Assembly (NCBI GenBank): GCA_040767085.1
Contig: JAXGPF010000006.1
Location: forward strand, 288,001 to 352,000
DNA length: 64,000 bases
Direction: 5' to 3'
From: Kiritimatiellia bacterium
GTDB taxonomy: Bacteria > Verrucomicrobiota > Kiritimatiellia > JAAZAB01
The notes under the pieces were generated by a model, which ran no database searches, was not told where the DNA came from, and saw only the letters and a list, made by a program, of their open reading frames with translations. Numbering within the stretch: position 1 is the stretch's first letter; each line of letters starts with the position of its first letter. Shown here in pieces: positions 20,133 to 29,624 of this stretch. The position numbers and the translations under genes were made by a program.

Positions 20133-21806
20133 ATGAAAACACAGGCGACAAATTCCGGGGCGGTTTTAGTGGCAGTCATCAGCTTTACCGCGCTGGCGGC
20201 CATCCTGGCCGCCAGCATGCTGTCCGACGGCATGACGCAAATCCGGCTCGCCCGGCGCCAGGTTCTGATGGAGCAGGCCTTTTACCTGGCGGAAGGCGGC
20301 GCGGAACAGGCCGTGGCTTATATCCGCAACGGCCAGAATGTGCCCGGCGTGGTCACGGGCGCGTTTATTTACCCCAACAACACCACCGGCAAATTCACGG
20401 CAGTGGTCGTCCAGGCGTTCGACACCGCTAACGGCGGTTCAACCGGGACGAATTCCGTATCTGGCAGCCTCCGCATCAACCCCAACAATTCTTCCCAGCA
20501 CGAGTTCCTGCTGGTCAAACCCGACGGGACCACCATCACCCGCGACGACTTGCAGGGCGACACCACGGCTTACACCAGCACGCCTTGCGTCTATTACACC
20601 GGACCGGCGGTGATGATCCGGGTCAAGCCTATGGGCAACGGCAGTCAGAACACTCTTGTGGTCAATGGCGCCGTCTATCCCCTGCTCAATGCCAATACCT
20701 ACGACCTGGTTTCCCTGGACATGCGTGTCCAGGTTTACAATGACGGGCGCAACCAGGGGAACGGGCGCGCCAACGGCCAGTGGTGGCTCGGCAGCATTGA
20801 CGGCGACGAGGTGACGATCGGCGAGCAGACCAGCGGCGGCGGCGGGCCGATCTCGCGTCAATTCACGATCTTTTCCACCGGCCGGATCGGCGGCGCCACC
20901 CGGGCGGTAATCCTGGAAGGTGTACAGCAACAGGCCTGGTCCCGCTTCGCCCTTTGGTACAACAACTCCGCCGGCCCGATCTGGATCGGCAGCGGCGAGG
21001 TTTTCAACGGGCCGGTCCACGCCAACACCCTGATTTACCTCGACGGCAATCCGATTTTCAACGAATTGCTGTCTTCCACCGCGGCCAACTGGGGGCCCGG
21101 CAGCGATTTAGCGCAGGTGCAATTCAACGGCGGCACCTGGCTGAACGCGCCGGCCGACACCATGGCGACCGTGGTGTTCACTAATTTGCGGGCATCCGCC
21201 ACCATGACCGTCACCGGCCTGACCCACATGACCATGGCCGGCACAAATCTCTTCATCACCAATGCCCGGATGGGCTGGAACAACTACCGCCTTGACTCGC
21301 CGTCCAACGGCATGCTCTACGTGGAAACCGCCAACAGCGGCTTGAATCGCAGCGGCATTATCAATATCGGCGGCCAACTGGACGGGCGCCTGACGGTCGT
21401 GGCGGACAACAGCATCCAGATCACCAACCACCTGACTTACGCGGTCCACCCGACCAACAACTCGAATGACGCCCTGGGGTTGATCGCCCGGAACGACGTC
21501 GAAGTCCGCGCCAACGCGCCCGCCAATCTCAATGTATTCGCGCACATCATCGCCTGCAATACCGACAACAGCACGTACGAAAGCGGCTTTTTCGTCGAGA
21601 ATTACAGCACCCGTTTCGGCTGCGGCTTCCTGAACGTCTATGGCGGCATCGTGGAAAACAACCGCGGCGCCGTCGGCACCACCGCCGGGCGGGGTTATTC
21701 CAAGAATTACACTTACGATGAACGGTTCCGCTTCGCGCCGCCACCCAATTACCCGACGGTGCTGGACACCTATCAATGGAACAATTGGAGGGAGAAAGCG
21801 TTATGA
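20133..21806 (+). CDS. PilX/GspK-like large minor pilin with DUF4900-like C-terminus (triplet 1)
   Basis: NSG-AVLVAVISF lacks E5; QAFYLAEGG, FNGPVHAN and GYSKNYTYDERF...PPNYP. Confidence 0.8.
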   Translation: MKTQATNSGAVLVAVISFTALAAILAASMLSDGMTQIRLARRQVLMEQAFYLAEGGAEQAVAYIRNGQNVPGVVTGAFIYPNNTTGKFTAVVVQAFDTANGGSTGTNSVSGSLRINPNNSSQHEFLLVKPDGTTITRDDLQGDTTAYTSTPCVYYTGPAVMIRVKPMGNGSQNTLVVNGAVYPLLNANTYDLVSLDMRVQVYNDGRNQGNGRANGQWWLGSIDGDEVTIGEQTSGGGGPISRQFTIFSTGRIGGATRAVILEGVQQQAWSRFALWYNNSAGPIWIGSGEVFNGPVHANTLIYLDGNPIFNELLSSTAANWGPGSDLAQVQFNGGTWLNAPADTMATVVFTNLRASATMTVTGLTHMTMAGTNLFITNARMGWNNYRLDSPSNGMLYVETANSGLNRSGIINIGGQLDGRLTVVADNSIQITNHLTYAVHPTNNSNDALGLIARNDVEVRANAPANLNVFAHIIACNTDNSTYESGFFVENYSTRFGCGFLNVYGGIVENNRGAVGTTAGRGYSKNYTYDERFRFAPPPNYPTVLDTYQWNNWREKAL

Positions 21807-22201
21807 ACGGCGCCTCCAATAGCGGCAGAACCGATGCTCCCGCCCCGCTGGTGATTTTCACGGCCGTGGTTTTGATCGCGGCGGGCGTGGGCGCTTCGGT
21901 TTGGACGTTGTGGCAATCCCTGCGCAGCGCGCCTGTCGCCCCGCCGGCGGCCGATGCGCCGGCGGCGCCGTTGCTGGCTTCGCCGCTTCAGCAGTCCTCC
22001 GCCTCCGGCGCGCCGGCGTCAACCTCGGCCCCGTTGCGGGGTGGCGAATTCAACACGGACTTTGAGCAGATGCGCCAACGCGAAGCGACTGGGCAGGCGG
22101 CGGCAGCCGTCCTGCGGCGCGCGCGGAAGGCCGGCGCCGGTTCACCCTGGACCGAGGATCAGGTCCAAGCCGTGGAACGCGGGGACTTGGCCATCCGTTG
22201 A
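21803..22201 (+). CDS. Small single-TM hypothetical protein inside the pilin cluster
   Basis: ATGA overlap with the PilX1 stop; one hydrophobic helix followed by an Ala/Pro linker. Confidence 0.6.
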   Translation: MNGASNSGRTDAPAPLVIFTAVVLIAAGVGASVWTLWQSLRSAPVAPPAADAPAAPLLASPLQQSSASGAPASTSAPLRGGEFNTDFEQMRQREATGQAAAAVLRRARKAGAGSPWTEDQVQAVERGDLAIR

Positions 22202-22244
22202 GAACTGCCAGCTCCGCGCGGCCACAGGCCACACTGTAAGACTT

Positions 22245-22655
22245 ATGCGCCCAAACGCTAAAAATGGATTCACCATGGTGGAGATGATGGTCGCCGGAAC
22301 GATTTTCCTGTTGTTCTGCGCGGGATTCTTCTCCGCCTATATCGCGGCCATCGGCGCGCAGCGAATGGCGGCGAACCATTACCGCGCGCTTTGCCTCGCC
22401 CGCAACCGCATCCAGCACGCGCGTGCCTCGGAGTATTCCAGCCTGGAATTGCTGGCGGAAACCTCCAACGCCGTTGACGTCGTCGGCAATCCCGACCCGG
22501 CGGGCGGATTCCGGCGCAGCACCACCATTATCCCGGACACCAACACCACCGCCAATATTTCGCAATTTATCGTGCAGGTGTGGTTTCCAGCGCACCGCGG
22601 GCGTTTAAGCTCCACCCCGGTGGAACAGACCACCTTGATTGCCAACCCGATGTGA
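22245..22655 (+). CDS. Prepilin-type protein, PilV/GspI-like (triplet 2)
   Basis: MRPNAKNG-FTMVEMMVAGTIF; about 136 aa. Confidence 0.85.
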   Translation: MRPNAKNGFTMVEMMVAGTIFLLFCAGFFSAYIAAIGAQRMAANHYRALCLARNRIQHARASEYSSLELLAETSNAVDVVGNPDPAGGFRRSTTIIPDTNTTANISQFIVQVWFPAHRGRLSSTPVEQTTLIANPM

Positions 22656-24742
22656 TGCAAAATATGCCTTCTTACGCCAAATCATTGCCGCTGGTTTACC
22701 GCGCCGGTTTCACCGCGGTGGAACTGATTATCAGCGCCGCCATCATGGCGCTGGTCATCAGCGGCGCCACCGCCACTTTCATCTACGGGCTGCGCACCTG
22801 GCGCGCCGAAACCATCACCAGCGAGCTGCACCAGGACCTGGAAGAGGCGATGGAGCACATTCGCCACGATTTGCGGCTCTCCAGCGTGGGCGTGGGCCTG
22901 ATGTCCTTTTACCCCACCAACGCCGCCGAATACACCGCCATCAGTTTCCCGCTCTCATCTCCCGCCGGGGACAACCTCCTGCGGCGCGATTTGAACACCA
23001 ACAGTCCGAATTACGGACGCATCATCTGGGATCAAACAGTGATTTACCATGTCCGGCCCGGGACCCCCGACGAGCTGCTGCGGACGGTTTTCACGCCGCG
23101 GAACAGCAATGCCGCGCCGCACGATTTTTACACTCAATTGCAGAAAGTGGCCCTCAGCACCAATTTCGCCGGCGTGCAGGCTGCCGGCCTGGCGGGAGAG
23201 AGCGCCAGCAGCCGGGTAGTGTTCCGGAACCTGGTGAGCCTGCGCATCCGTCCCCCGGAATTGCTGTTTGACGGCTACGCTCCCGCCTACCAGCGCGCGC
23301 GGAACTTGAACTGGGGCAGTGTCGTTCTGGGCGGCGGGCACAACATTTTAACCTTCACCGTGGTGAACAAAAACACCAACAGCACCGGTTACAAGGTCGG
23401 CATTGACTGGTTTTCGCTCAGTCCCAGCGCCAGCCGGCGCGAAGGCGAAATTTTCCTGCCAAACGACAGCCACCCGGCGGCGCCTTATTTCCAGCACACG
23501 CTCAGCGGCGGATCGGTTTCGGCCCAGGACATGTCCGCGCACGGCGCCGGCTGGAGCGGCAACTGCCAGTTGACCTATGACGCCGGCGCCGCCGGCAATT
23601 CCATCGCCTTCAAGGTCTTCAACGACCTCTGGTGCGACTCCCAGTTCGATGCCCCGCCAGGCATCCTGGCCAGCAATCTCAGCCGGAAGTGCGACACCAA
23701 CTTCCTGGCCCAGCCGCCCAATATCACAGACTTTGTCATGGACATGGATAAAGGCGTTGCATGGATGGCCGATTACTGCGCGGTAGCCAACCCCGGCGGC
23801 ATCTCCCTTGCAGCCGATGCGCCGGTGGTCAATATCATTTATGGCGGCAGCAGCAACATACCGGGCAACATCATTTACAACGGCGCCCGCGCCCGCCTGA
23901 ATTTTCAGGCTTCCACCAACGGCCAGCTTTTCATCGAAAACGTGCAGATCATGCAACAGGCATCCGGAATCACCCCGGTGTCCGGCAGCGCCAGGGCGGT
24001 AACCTTCGGCGGCAACTCCTCCACCCATGTCAACCTGGGCGGATCGGCCTGGAGCGATTGGGTGGACTTTGCGGTGGACCGCAACATTTCCTGCCTGGTC
24101 AGTTTCACCCTGAAAACGGAGGCATCGACGCTGGCCAACGCCAAGACCTGGCCGGCCGCCTCGGCGACGCCGCCCATGTCGTACCTGAATGGCACGCCGC
24201 ACCACGAGATCATCGGGCTGGGCGCCATCGAAGTTTCGTATCCCTCCAACGCCGTTTACCTCTCCGGCATTTTTGACACCCGCCTGGCAAATCCATCCTA
24301 CCGCCGGCTGAACTGGACTGAAGCCACCCCTTGGGGGACCGACATTGACATCCGCCTGCGCTCGGGCGACCAGCGCGACTTGAGCGATGCCTGCGCCTGG
24401 GAACCGTATTCCTACTTCCAAGGCTACCAAGATAATTACATCGGCGGCATTGCTGGCGGACGGTACGTCCAATACGAAGCTTTGTTCCGCTCGTCATCCC
24501 CGTACCAGACCACGCCCAAACTGCGCGATACCACCATCACCTGGCATGGGGCCACGGGCCTGGTGGACCTGGTGGTCGGGTTCGCCCGCGGACCGGACTA
24601 CGGGATCGTCAAGGCCGAGGTCAACGGCCAGCAGTTCATCAAGGGGATCGAGGTGGAAATGGAGATTTTCAAAACCGGTCCGTTCGGCACTAACCGCGTG
24701 GCCGGCCTGATGGAAGTCCGTCCGTTGAACACCGGGAAATAA
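22655..24742 (+). CDS. Very large PilW-like prepilin with inserted beta-rich domains (triplet 2)
   Basis: RAG-FTAVELIISAAIMALV; TGATG coupling; AMEHIRHDLR helix; about 695 aa. Confidence 0.8.
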   Translation: MQNMPSYAKSLPLVYRAGFTAVELIISAAIMALVISGATATFIYGLRTWRAETITSELHQDLEEAMEHIRHDLRLSSVGVGLMSFYPTNAAEYTAISFPLSSPAGDNLLRRDLNTNSPNYGRIIWDQTVIYHVRPGTPDELLRTVFTPRNSNAAPHDFYTQLQKVALSTNFAGVQAAGLAGESASSRVVFRNLVSLRIRPPELLFDGYAPAYQRARNLNWGSVVLGGGHNILTFTVVNKNTNSTGYKVGIDWFSLSPSASRREGEIFLPNDSHPAAPYFQHTLSGGSVSAQDMSAHGAGWSGNCQLTYDAGAAGNSIAFKVFNDLWCDSQFDAPPGILASNLSRKCDTNFLAQPPNITDFVMDMDKGVAWMADYCAVANPGGISLAADAPVVNIIYGGSSNIPGNIIYNGARARLNFQASTNGQLFIENVQIMQQASGITPVSGSARAVTFGGNSSTHVNLGGSAWSDWVDFAVDRNISCLVSFTLKTEASTLANAKTWPAASATPPMSYLNGTPHHEIIGLGAIEVSYPSNAVYLSGIFDTRLANPSYRRLNWTEATPWGTDIDIRLRSGDQRDLSDACAWEPYSYFQGYQDNYIGGIAGGRYVQYEALFRSSSPYQTTPKLRDTTITWHGATGLVDLVVGFARGPDYGIVKAEVNGQQFIKGIEVEMEIFKTGPFGTNRVAGLMEVRPLNTGK

Positions 24743-24860
24743 CGCAAGAGGCAAAGAACCAAAGGAACAAAGCCGTGTGGCGCCAAGCCGGCGGCGCGGC
24801 CCTGATCATCCGTGCCTTCGAAACCTGGCAAAGCAGCGCCGCGCCAGGGGAGGAACAGCC

Positions 24861-25961
24861 ATGTTTAACAACACTTTATCGCGCAGCCGCGCCGGCCGCC
24901 GCGGCTCGGCGCTGGTGACCGTGATGTGCGTATCGGCGGTGCTGCTGCTGGCCAGCATGGTCATGGCTTACATGACCCGGCAGGCGCTGGCGCGGGCGCA
25001 GCGGATCAACACCGGCGCACGGGCCCTGGCCGTCGCGGAAGCCGGCATTGCCGACATGGTTGCGCTGCTGAGCACCAACTACCTCATGTGGCGCAACACC
25101 AACCACAGCGCCCAGTTCGGCGGCGGCGTCTACACGGTGAACAGCCAGACTCAATCCAACGGCAATGTGCTGCTGGTCAGCACCGGCGTGGTCGGCAGCG
25201 TCGCCCGTTCCACGATTATGGAACTGCTAGGCACTTACCAGGATTGGAACGATTCCCTGTTCCGCCTGGACGGCGTGATTCTTTCCGGCGGCGATGTGCG
25301 TTTTTCCTCGGCCGCTTACGCAATCAACGGCAACGTGCATGCCAATGGCAGCGTGCTGGCCAGCGGCGGCGCGAAAAACGGCGATTTCATCAGCAATGCG
25401 GTCGTCACGGCCGTGGGTTCCGTCGCAAACTTGAATAATGTTGACGCCGACAACCTTATCGGGGGCGAACCTAACCGGGTGCTGCCGGCCTTCGACTTCG
25501 ACAGTTACCGCCAGATGGCTCTCTCCAACGGCCTGTATTACAGCAATTCCATGACCTTCAACGGCTGGGACGCCCGACCCTCCAACGGGGTGGTCTACGT
25601 CAACGGCGATGTGGTGATCGCCAATCACAGTTCTTTAGTAGGCACGCTCGTGGCCAACGGCAACATCCAGGTGCAGAATAATTTCACTCAGACCAACTTC
25701 CCGGGGCAGACCAACTGGCCGGCCTTGCTGAGCACCGGCAACGTCACGCTGCAAAACAAGGAAACTTACCATGGCATCATCTATGCCGCCTTGAATGTCA
25801 GCATCCAGAACAACATCACCTGCAATGGCGGTATTATCAGCGGCGGTTACACCGAAATTCAGAACCACGGCACGATGAACCAGCCCCCCGGCTACCCCCC
25901 CTGGGATCCGCTTAATCCCTCCGTGCCGCCGGAAGTGATCGTCGGCGGCTGGCTGAAGTAA
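24861..25961 (+). CDS. PilX/GspK-like minor pilin with beta-solenoid C-terminus (triplet 2)
   Basis: GGAGG RBS; RRG-SALVTVMCV lacks E5; ALAVAEAGI; GNVHANG, GVVYVNGDV and GIIYA repeats. Confidence 0.8.
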   Translation: MFNNTLSRSRAGRRGSALVTVMCVSAVLLLASMVMAYMTRQALARAQRINTGARALAVAEAGIADMVALLSTNYLMWRNTNHSAQFGGGVYTVNSQTQSNGNVLLVSTGVVGSVARSTIMELLGTYQDWNDSLFRLDGVILSGGDVRFSSAAYAINGNVHANGSVLASGGAKNGDFISNAVVTAVGSVANLNNVDADNLIGGEPNRVLPAFDFDSYRQMALSNGLYYSNSMTFNGWDARPSNGVVYVNGDVVIANHSSLVGTLVANGNIQVQNNFTQTNFPGQTNWPALLSTGNVTLQNKETYHGIIYAALNVSIQNNITCNGGIISGGYTEIQNHGTMNQPPGYPPWDPLNPSVPPEVIVGGWLK

Positions 25962-25992
25962 ACGGGCGCGCCATGCTGCGCCCAAAATACTT

Positions 25993-26940
25993 TTAATTAA
26001 TGATATCCGCTGGGAGTCCGGCGGATGCCAGCCGGGCATACCCCGCGCGGGTAAGTTTCCGGATCAGGCATCGGCATTTATGCGTTATGCCGGCCGCCTC
26101 GATTTTAGCGCGCAACCTGGAACAAGCCGGCGTTTTTCCCAAATGCACTCCCGCCTGTTCGAGCAGCATCAGATATGGCAGCGTGATATGCAAATGCGGA
26201 TTGGGCGGGGCGCCGGGCGCGAAATCGTCCAAGTCATCGCGTATCTGATAGGCCTGCCCCAACCACCGGCCGGCATCGGCAAGCATGGATAATACGATTT
26301 CCGGCTTGTCGGCCAAGACGGCGGCCGCCTGCAAGGGGCAGGCGAAACTGTAACTGGCGGTTTTAGCGGCAAACAGCCGCAGCGCCCGGCCGGCATTCAG
26401 CCGGCACAAGCCGGCAGCCGCGCATAATTCCGCCGCCTGCCCCAACGCCGCGGTTTCGGCGGCGCCGGCAACCAGCCGCATAATGCGGATGCTTTTCCGC
26501 GCGGGTATCGGCAGTTCGGCCACCAGGCGCATGGCATGCGCAAACAGCCAGTCGCCGGCAGCCAAGGCCATATCCGTTCCGGTCAGGGCCGTGTTATGCA
26601 GCAGGGCGTTGAAACGGCAATGCGCGGCAGGCGCGCCGCGCCGGTAACATGCGCGATCCACTATGTCGTCATGGATCACGGCAAATTGGTGAAGCAATTC
26701 CAACGCCACCGCCAACTGCCGGCAGGCAGTGTCAACCGGACGGCCATAGGCGTGGACCGCGGCCAGAAACAGACGCGGCCGCATGCGCTTCCCGCCGCGG
26801 CAGATATAATCGGCCAGCACCCGCCGTACCTTTTCCGGAAGCGCCGGACCGCCCGGGCCGGCGCGCGGAATCCTGTCCAGATGGGCTCGCAACTGGTTTT
26901 CAAAATCGCTGTTATTTCCCATTCTGTCCTTTTTGCGCAT
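25993..26940 (-). CDS. Polyprenyl diphosphate synthase with short-chain/GGPP-type signature
   Basis: GGKRMRP, FARM FAVIHDDIVD, RRG, GQ, KTA and SARM QIRDDLDD; start overlaps the menA stop. Confidence 0.85.
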   Translation of the reverse strand: MRKKDRMGNNSDFENQLRAHLDRIPRAGPGGPALPEKVRRVLADYICRGGKRMRPRLFLAAVHAYGRPVDTACRQLAVALELLHQFAVIHDDIVDRACYRRGAPAAHCRFNALLHNTALTGTDMALAAGDWLFAHAMRLVAELPIPARKSIRIMRLVAGAAETAALGQAAELCAAAGLCRLNAGRALRLFAAKTASYSFACPLQAAAVLADKPEIVLSMLADAGRWLGQAYQIRDDLDDFAPGAPPNPHLHITLPYLMLLEQAGVHLGKTPACSRLRAKIEAAGITHKCRCLIRKLTRAGYARLASAGLPADIIN

Positions 26941-27821
26941 CAACGGGGCGCCGCCAATCCAGCCGCCAGCAGCAATCCAAACACCATCAACCCGCGGGCG
27001 GCATGAATGTCTATGTCCGCCGGTATTTTTTCCGCAAAAGACATGCGCGCCGGCCGCCACAGGAAGGGCAAGGCGGCCAGCGGAAAAAACACGCCGGGCA
27101 TGTCAATGCCGCCAACCCCGTAAAGCGGCGCCAGCGCCAGAAAGGCGGACGCCACCAGGAACGCATAACCGAACGGCGCCGCCCGGCCCAGGTGTTGGGC
27201 CATGGTCCGGCAGCCGGCGTCGGCATCGCGGCGGCAATCGCGCAGATTGTTGGCATATAGCAGGGCGGCGGCCATGAATCCGGCCGGCATGCCGCACCAC
27301 CAGGCGGAGGCAGTCAGACGCGCGGTCAGGCCATAAAACACGGCGGCGGTCAGCCATGGCCCCGTCAGCGCGAACACCAGCAGCTCGCCGCTGGCGCGGT
27401 ATTTGAGTTTAAGCGGCGGCGCGGTATAAAAGAATCCGCCGGCCAGGCCGATTGCTCCGAATCCCCACAGCCAGGCGCCGCGGGCGATCAGCGCCGGCAA
27501 GGCCACCACTGGAGCCGCCAGCAGCAGGATTACACCCAGCCGCAGCGCCTGGCGCGGACGAAGCAATTGTTCGGCCAACGCCCAGGTGGAAGGCGCCGCA
27601 CCCGGCTGGTCCAGGCCGGTGCGGAAATCGTAATAGTCGTTGATTACATTCGTGCCGCCATGCAGCGCCAGCAATGCCAGCAACAGCAAGGGCAGGTATT
27701 GCCAGTCCGCCGGCATGTCTGACCGGGCGGCCAGGATGGCCGCCTGCAATCCCGGCAGCGCCGCCACCGGGAAGGCATAGGCTCTCAGAATCAGCAGCCA
27801 TTTGCGGATGCGGGACATCAT
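26940..27821 (-). CDS. menA: 1,4-dihydroxy-2-naphthoate prenyltransferase (UbiA family, MenA/DmkA-like)
   Basis: NVINDYYDFRTGLD, YTAPPLKLKY..GE and ANNLRD...D..AG.RT; multiple TM helices. Confidence 0.85.
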   Translation of the reverse strand: MMSRIRKWLLILRAYAFPVAALPGLQAAILAARSDMPADWQYLPLLLLALLALHGGTNVINDYYDFRTGLDQPGAAPSTWALAEQLLRPRQALRLGVILLLAAPVVALPALIARGAWLWGFGAIGLAGGFFYTAPPLKLKYRASGELLVFALTGPWLTAAVFYGLTARLTASAWWCGMPAGFMAAALLYANNLRDCRRDADAGCRTMAQHLGRAAPFGYAFLVASAFLALAPLYGVGGIDMPGVFFPLAALPFLWRPARMSFAEKIPADIDIHAARGLMVFGLLLAAGLAAPR

Positions 27822-28255
27822 CCCTTCTTGCGGCCGGCAATCAAAACATCCAACGACCACCGGCCGCCACCCTTCAACATGAACAGCAATGCCGGAAAAA
27901 GATACAACAACGCCATTTCCCGGCCGGCAAACGGGGCGCCGGCATGCGCCACGAAGGCGGCCACCGCCATGGTAACAACAATCAGGAACGATGCCGGAAC
28001 CGTGCAGGCGCCCAACATCAGCAGGATGCCGCCAATGCCTTCGGCGGCGGCGGCCATGAATCCCCAGAACTCCGGCGCGCCGGGCATGCCTGTGCCGCTC
28101 ATGATGCCGCCCACCCCGCGCCAGGTTTCAACGCCGCCGGCCAGTTTCGGCAAACCGTGCGTCATCATCCCCGCGCCGATAAAAACGCGCAGCAAAAAAT
28201 ACCCCGCATCGCCGCCCGCTCCGCCTAACCACGTCCCCATCAGTATTTTTTTCAT
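27818..28255 (-). CDS. DoxX family membrane protein
   Basis: LLRVFIG..M..HG..K, AEGIGGILLMLG, M.VA...H and GGGRWSLD; GGAGAGG RBS. Confidence 0.88.
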   Translation of the reverse strand: MKKILMGTWLGGAGGDAGYFLLRVFIGAGMMTHGLPKLAGGVETWRGVGGIMSGTGMPGAPEFWGFMAAAAEGIGGILLMLGACTVPASFLIVVTMAVAAFVAHAGAPFAGREMALLYLFPALLFMLKGGGRWSLDVLIAGRKKG

Positions 28256-28274
28256 CCTCTCCTCCTGTTCCTGG

Positions 28275-29444
28275 TTACACCGCTGGCCCCGCACCGCGCC
28301 AGCCGCGCGGCGCCAGCGCATGTTTGGCAAAGAACATAAAATTTAAAAAGCTGAAATTGCGCAAGCCGCACATAAAATAATGCAAACGCAAGCCCGTACG
28401 CCCGCATAGCGGGAGCGCGTCAAAGGCCCGGCCCACGCTGTCATCCGCCAGCGGTATCACCCACCCCAAATCCAAGGGATAAAAACGACGGGGCGGTTGG
28501 CCGGCAAGGGCGCGGGCAATATTGGCGCCGGCGCGCGCGCCGGCGTAGATGGAGAAATTCACCGCCTTGCGCAAATAACCCTTCCGGTCTTGCACCGCCG
28601 CCGCATCGCCGGCAAAAAAAACGGCGGGGTAGCCCGGCGCCGCCAGAAACTCATTCACAATGACCCGCCCGTCCGGCAGGCGTTTGATCCGCCCCTTGAT
28701 CCGGTTGATGGCGGCGGTCGTGCCTTCCGTGCGACACAGGAAGACATCCGCAAAATTTCTGCCCGACGCCAGGTGCGCGCTTTTTCCGTCGTATAATGTA
28801 ATTCTGTCGTTAACCAATAAATCGAAATCATTGCGCGTCAGCCAGCGTTGCACGCGCGCCGCCTGGCCCGCAGAGAGAAACGGCAAGATTGATGCATTGC
28901 GTTCCACCAGCGTGAACCGACAGGTTTTGTGCGCGCGGCGCGCAGTATCCGCAAGATTGGCGGCCAGTTCCAAAGCTGTATAGCCCGCGCCATGGAACAG
29001 GCAATGCGGCGTTGATGCGCGGGCAAGATACCGGGGGAATTCGCATCGAATCCGCTCGGCTTCCTCAATGTCCGCCATGGGAAATGTGGGCCCGCTGAAT
29101 TGCGCCGGGTCGCCTGGACGGCTGACCGACCCGGCGGCGCAAATCAGATAATCATAAGCAATTTTCCCCGCCGGCGTGTCCACCGTGCGCGCATCAAGGT
29201 CCACCGCTTCAGCCGCAGTCTGCCGCAGATCAATCCCGGCCGGCAAACGCCGTTCCAGCCGGCCTTCAAGCCGGCGCCGATCCAAGCGCCCGGCGGCATA
29301 TTCGGGCAGCAAAGGCAGCATGACGGATTGGCCGCGCGGGTCCAGCAGAATAACCCGGCATTGCCGCCGCCGCTGGGCGCGGCGTAAAGCGTGCGCCGCC
29401 GCCACGCCGGCAAAGCCGCCGCCGAGTATCAAGACCAACGGCAT
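28275..29444 (-). CDS. Type II NADH:quinone oxidoreductase-like FAD-dependent oxidoreductase
   Basis: ILGGGFAG, PLLPEYAAG, YDYLICAAGS, GAGYTALELA and VFFAGDAA; the start could extend to 29492. Confidence 0.8.
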   Translation of the reverse strand: MPLVLILGGGFAGVAAAHALRRAQRRRQCRVILLDPRGQSVMLPLLPEYAAGRLDRRRLEGRLERRLPAGIDLRQTAAEAVDLDARTVDTPAGKIAYDYLICAAGSVSRPGDPAQFSGPTFPMADIEEAERIRCEFPRYLARASTPHCLFHGAGYTALELAANLADTARRAHKTCRFTLVERNASILPFLSAGQAARVQRWLTRNDFDLLVNDRITLYDGKSAHLASGRNFADVFLCRTEGTTAAINRIKGRIKRLPDGRVIVNEFLAAPGYPAVFFAGDAAAVQDRKGYLRKAVNFSIYAGARAGANIARALAGQPPRRFYPLDLGWVIPLADDSVGRAFDALPLCGRTGLRLHYFMCGLRNFSFLNFMFFAKHALAPRGWRGAGPAV

Positions 29445-29624
29445 CAGTTTCACTCCGGGTTGCATCCATCTCGCCCAAACGCTCATCAGCATTTACATGC
29501 ACCATGGCCGGAATTTACTACATTAAACTACAGCAACTGCTCAAAATAACAAGAAAAATCCGAGACCCGCTGCCGCGAGGACTGCGTCATTCTCGGGAAA
29601 GACGGCTCGGTTGGAGATCACGCC

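Noticed and set aside
19071-29444. Conductive-pilus link between the pilin cassettes and the quinone module
   Set aside because: The loci are convergent with separate promoters and different codon style, and there is no short aromatic-rich major pilin or cytochrome; adjacency alone is not evidence.
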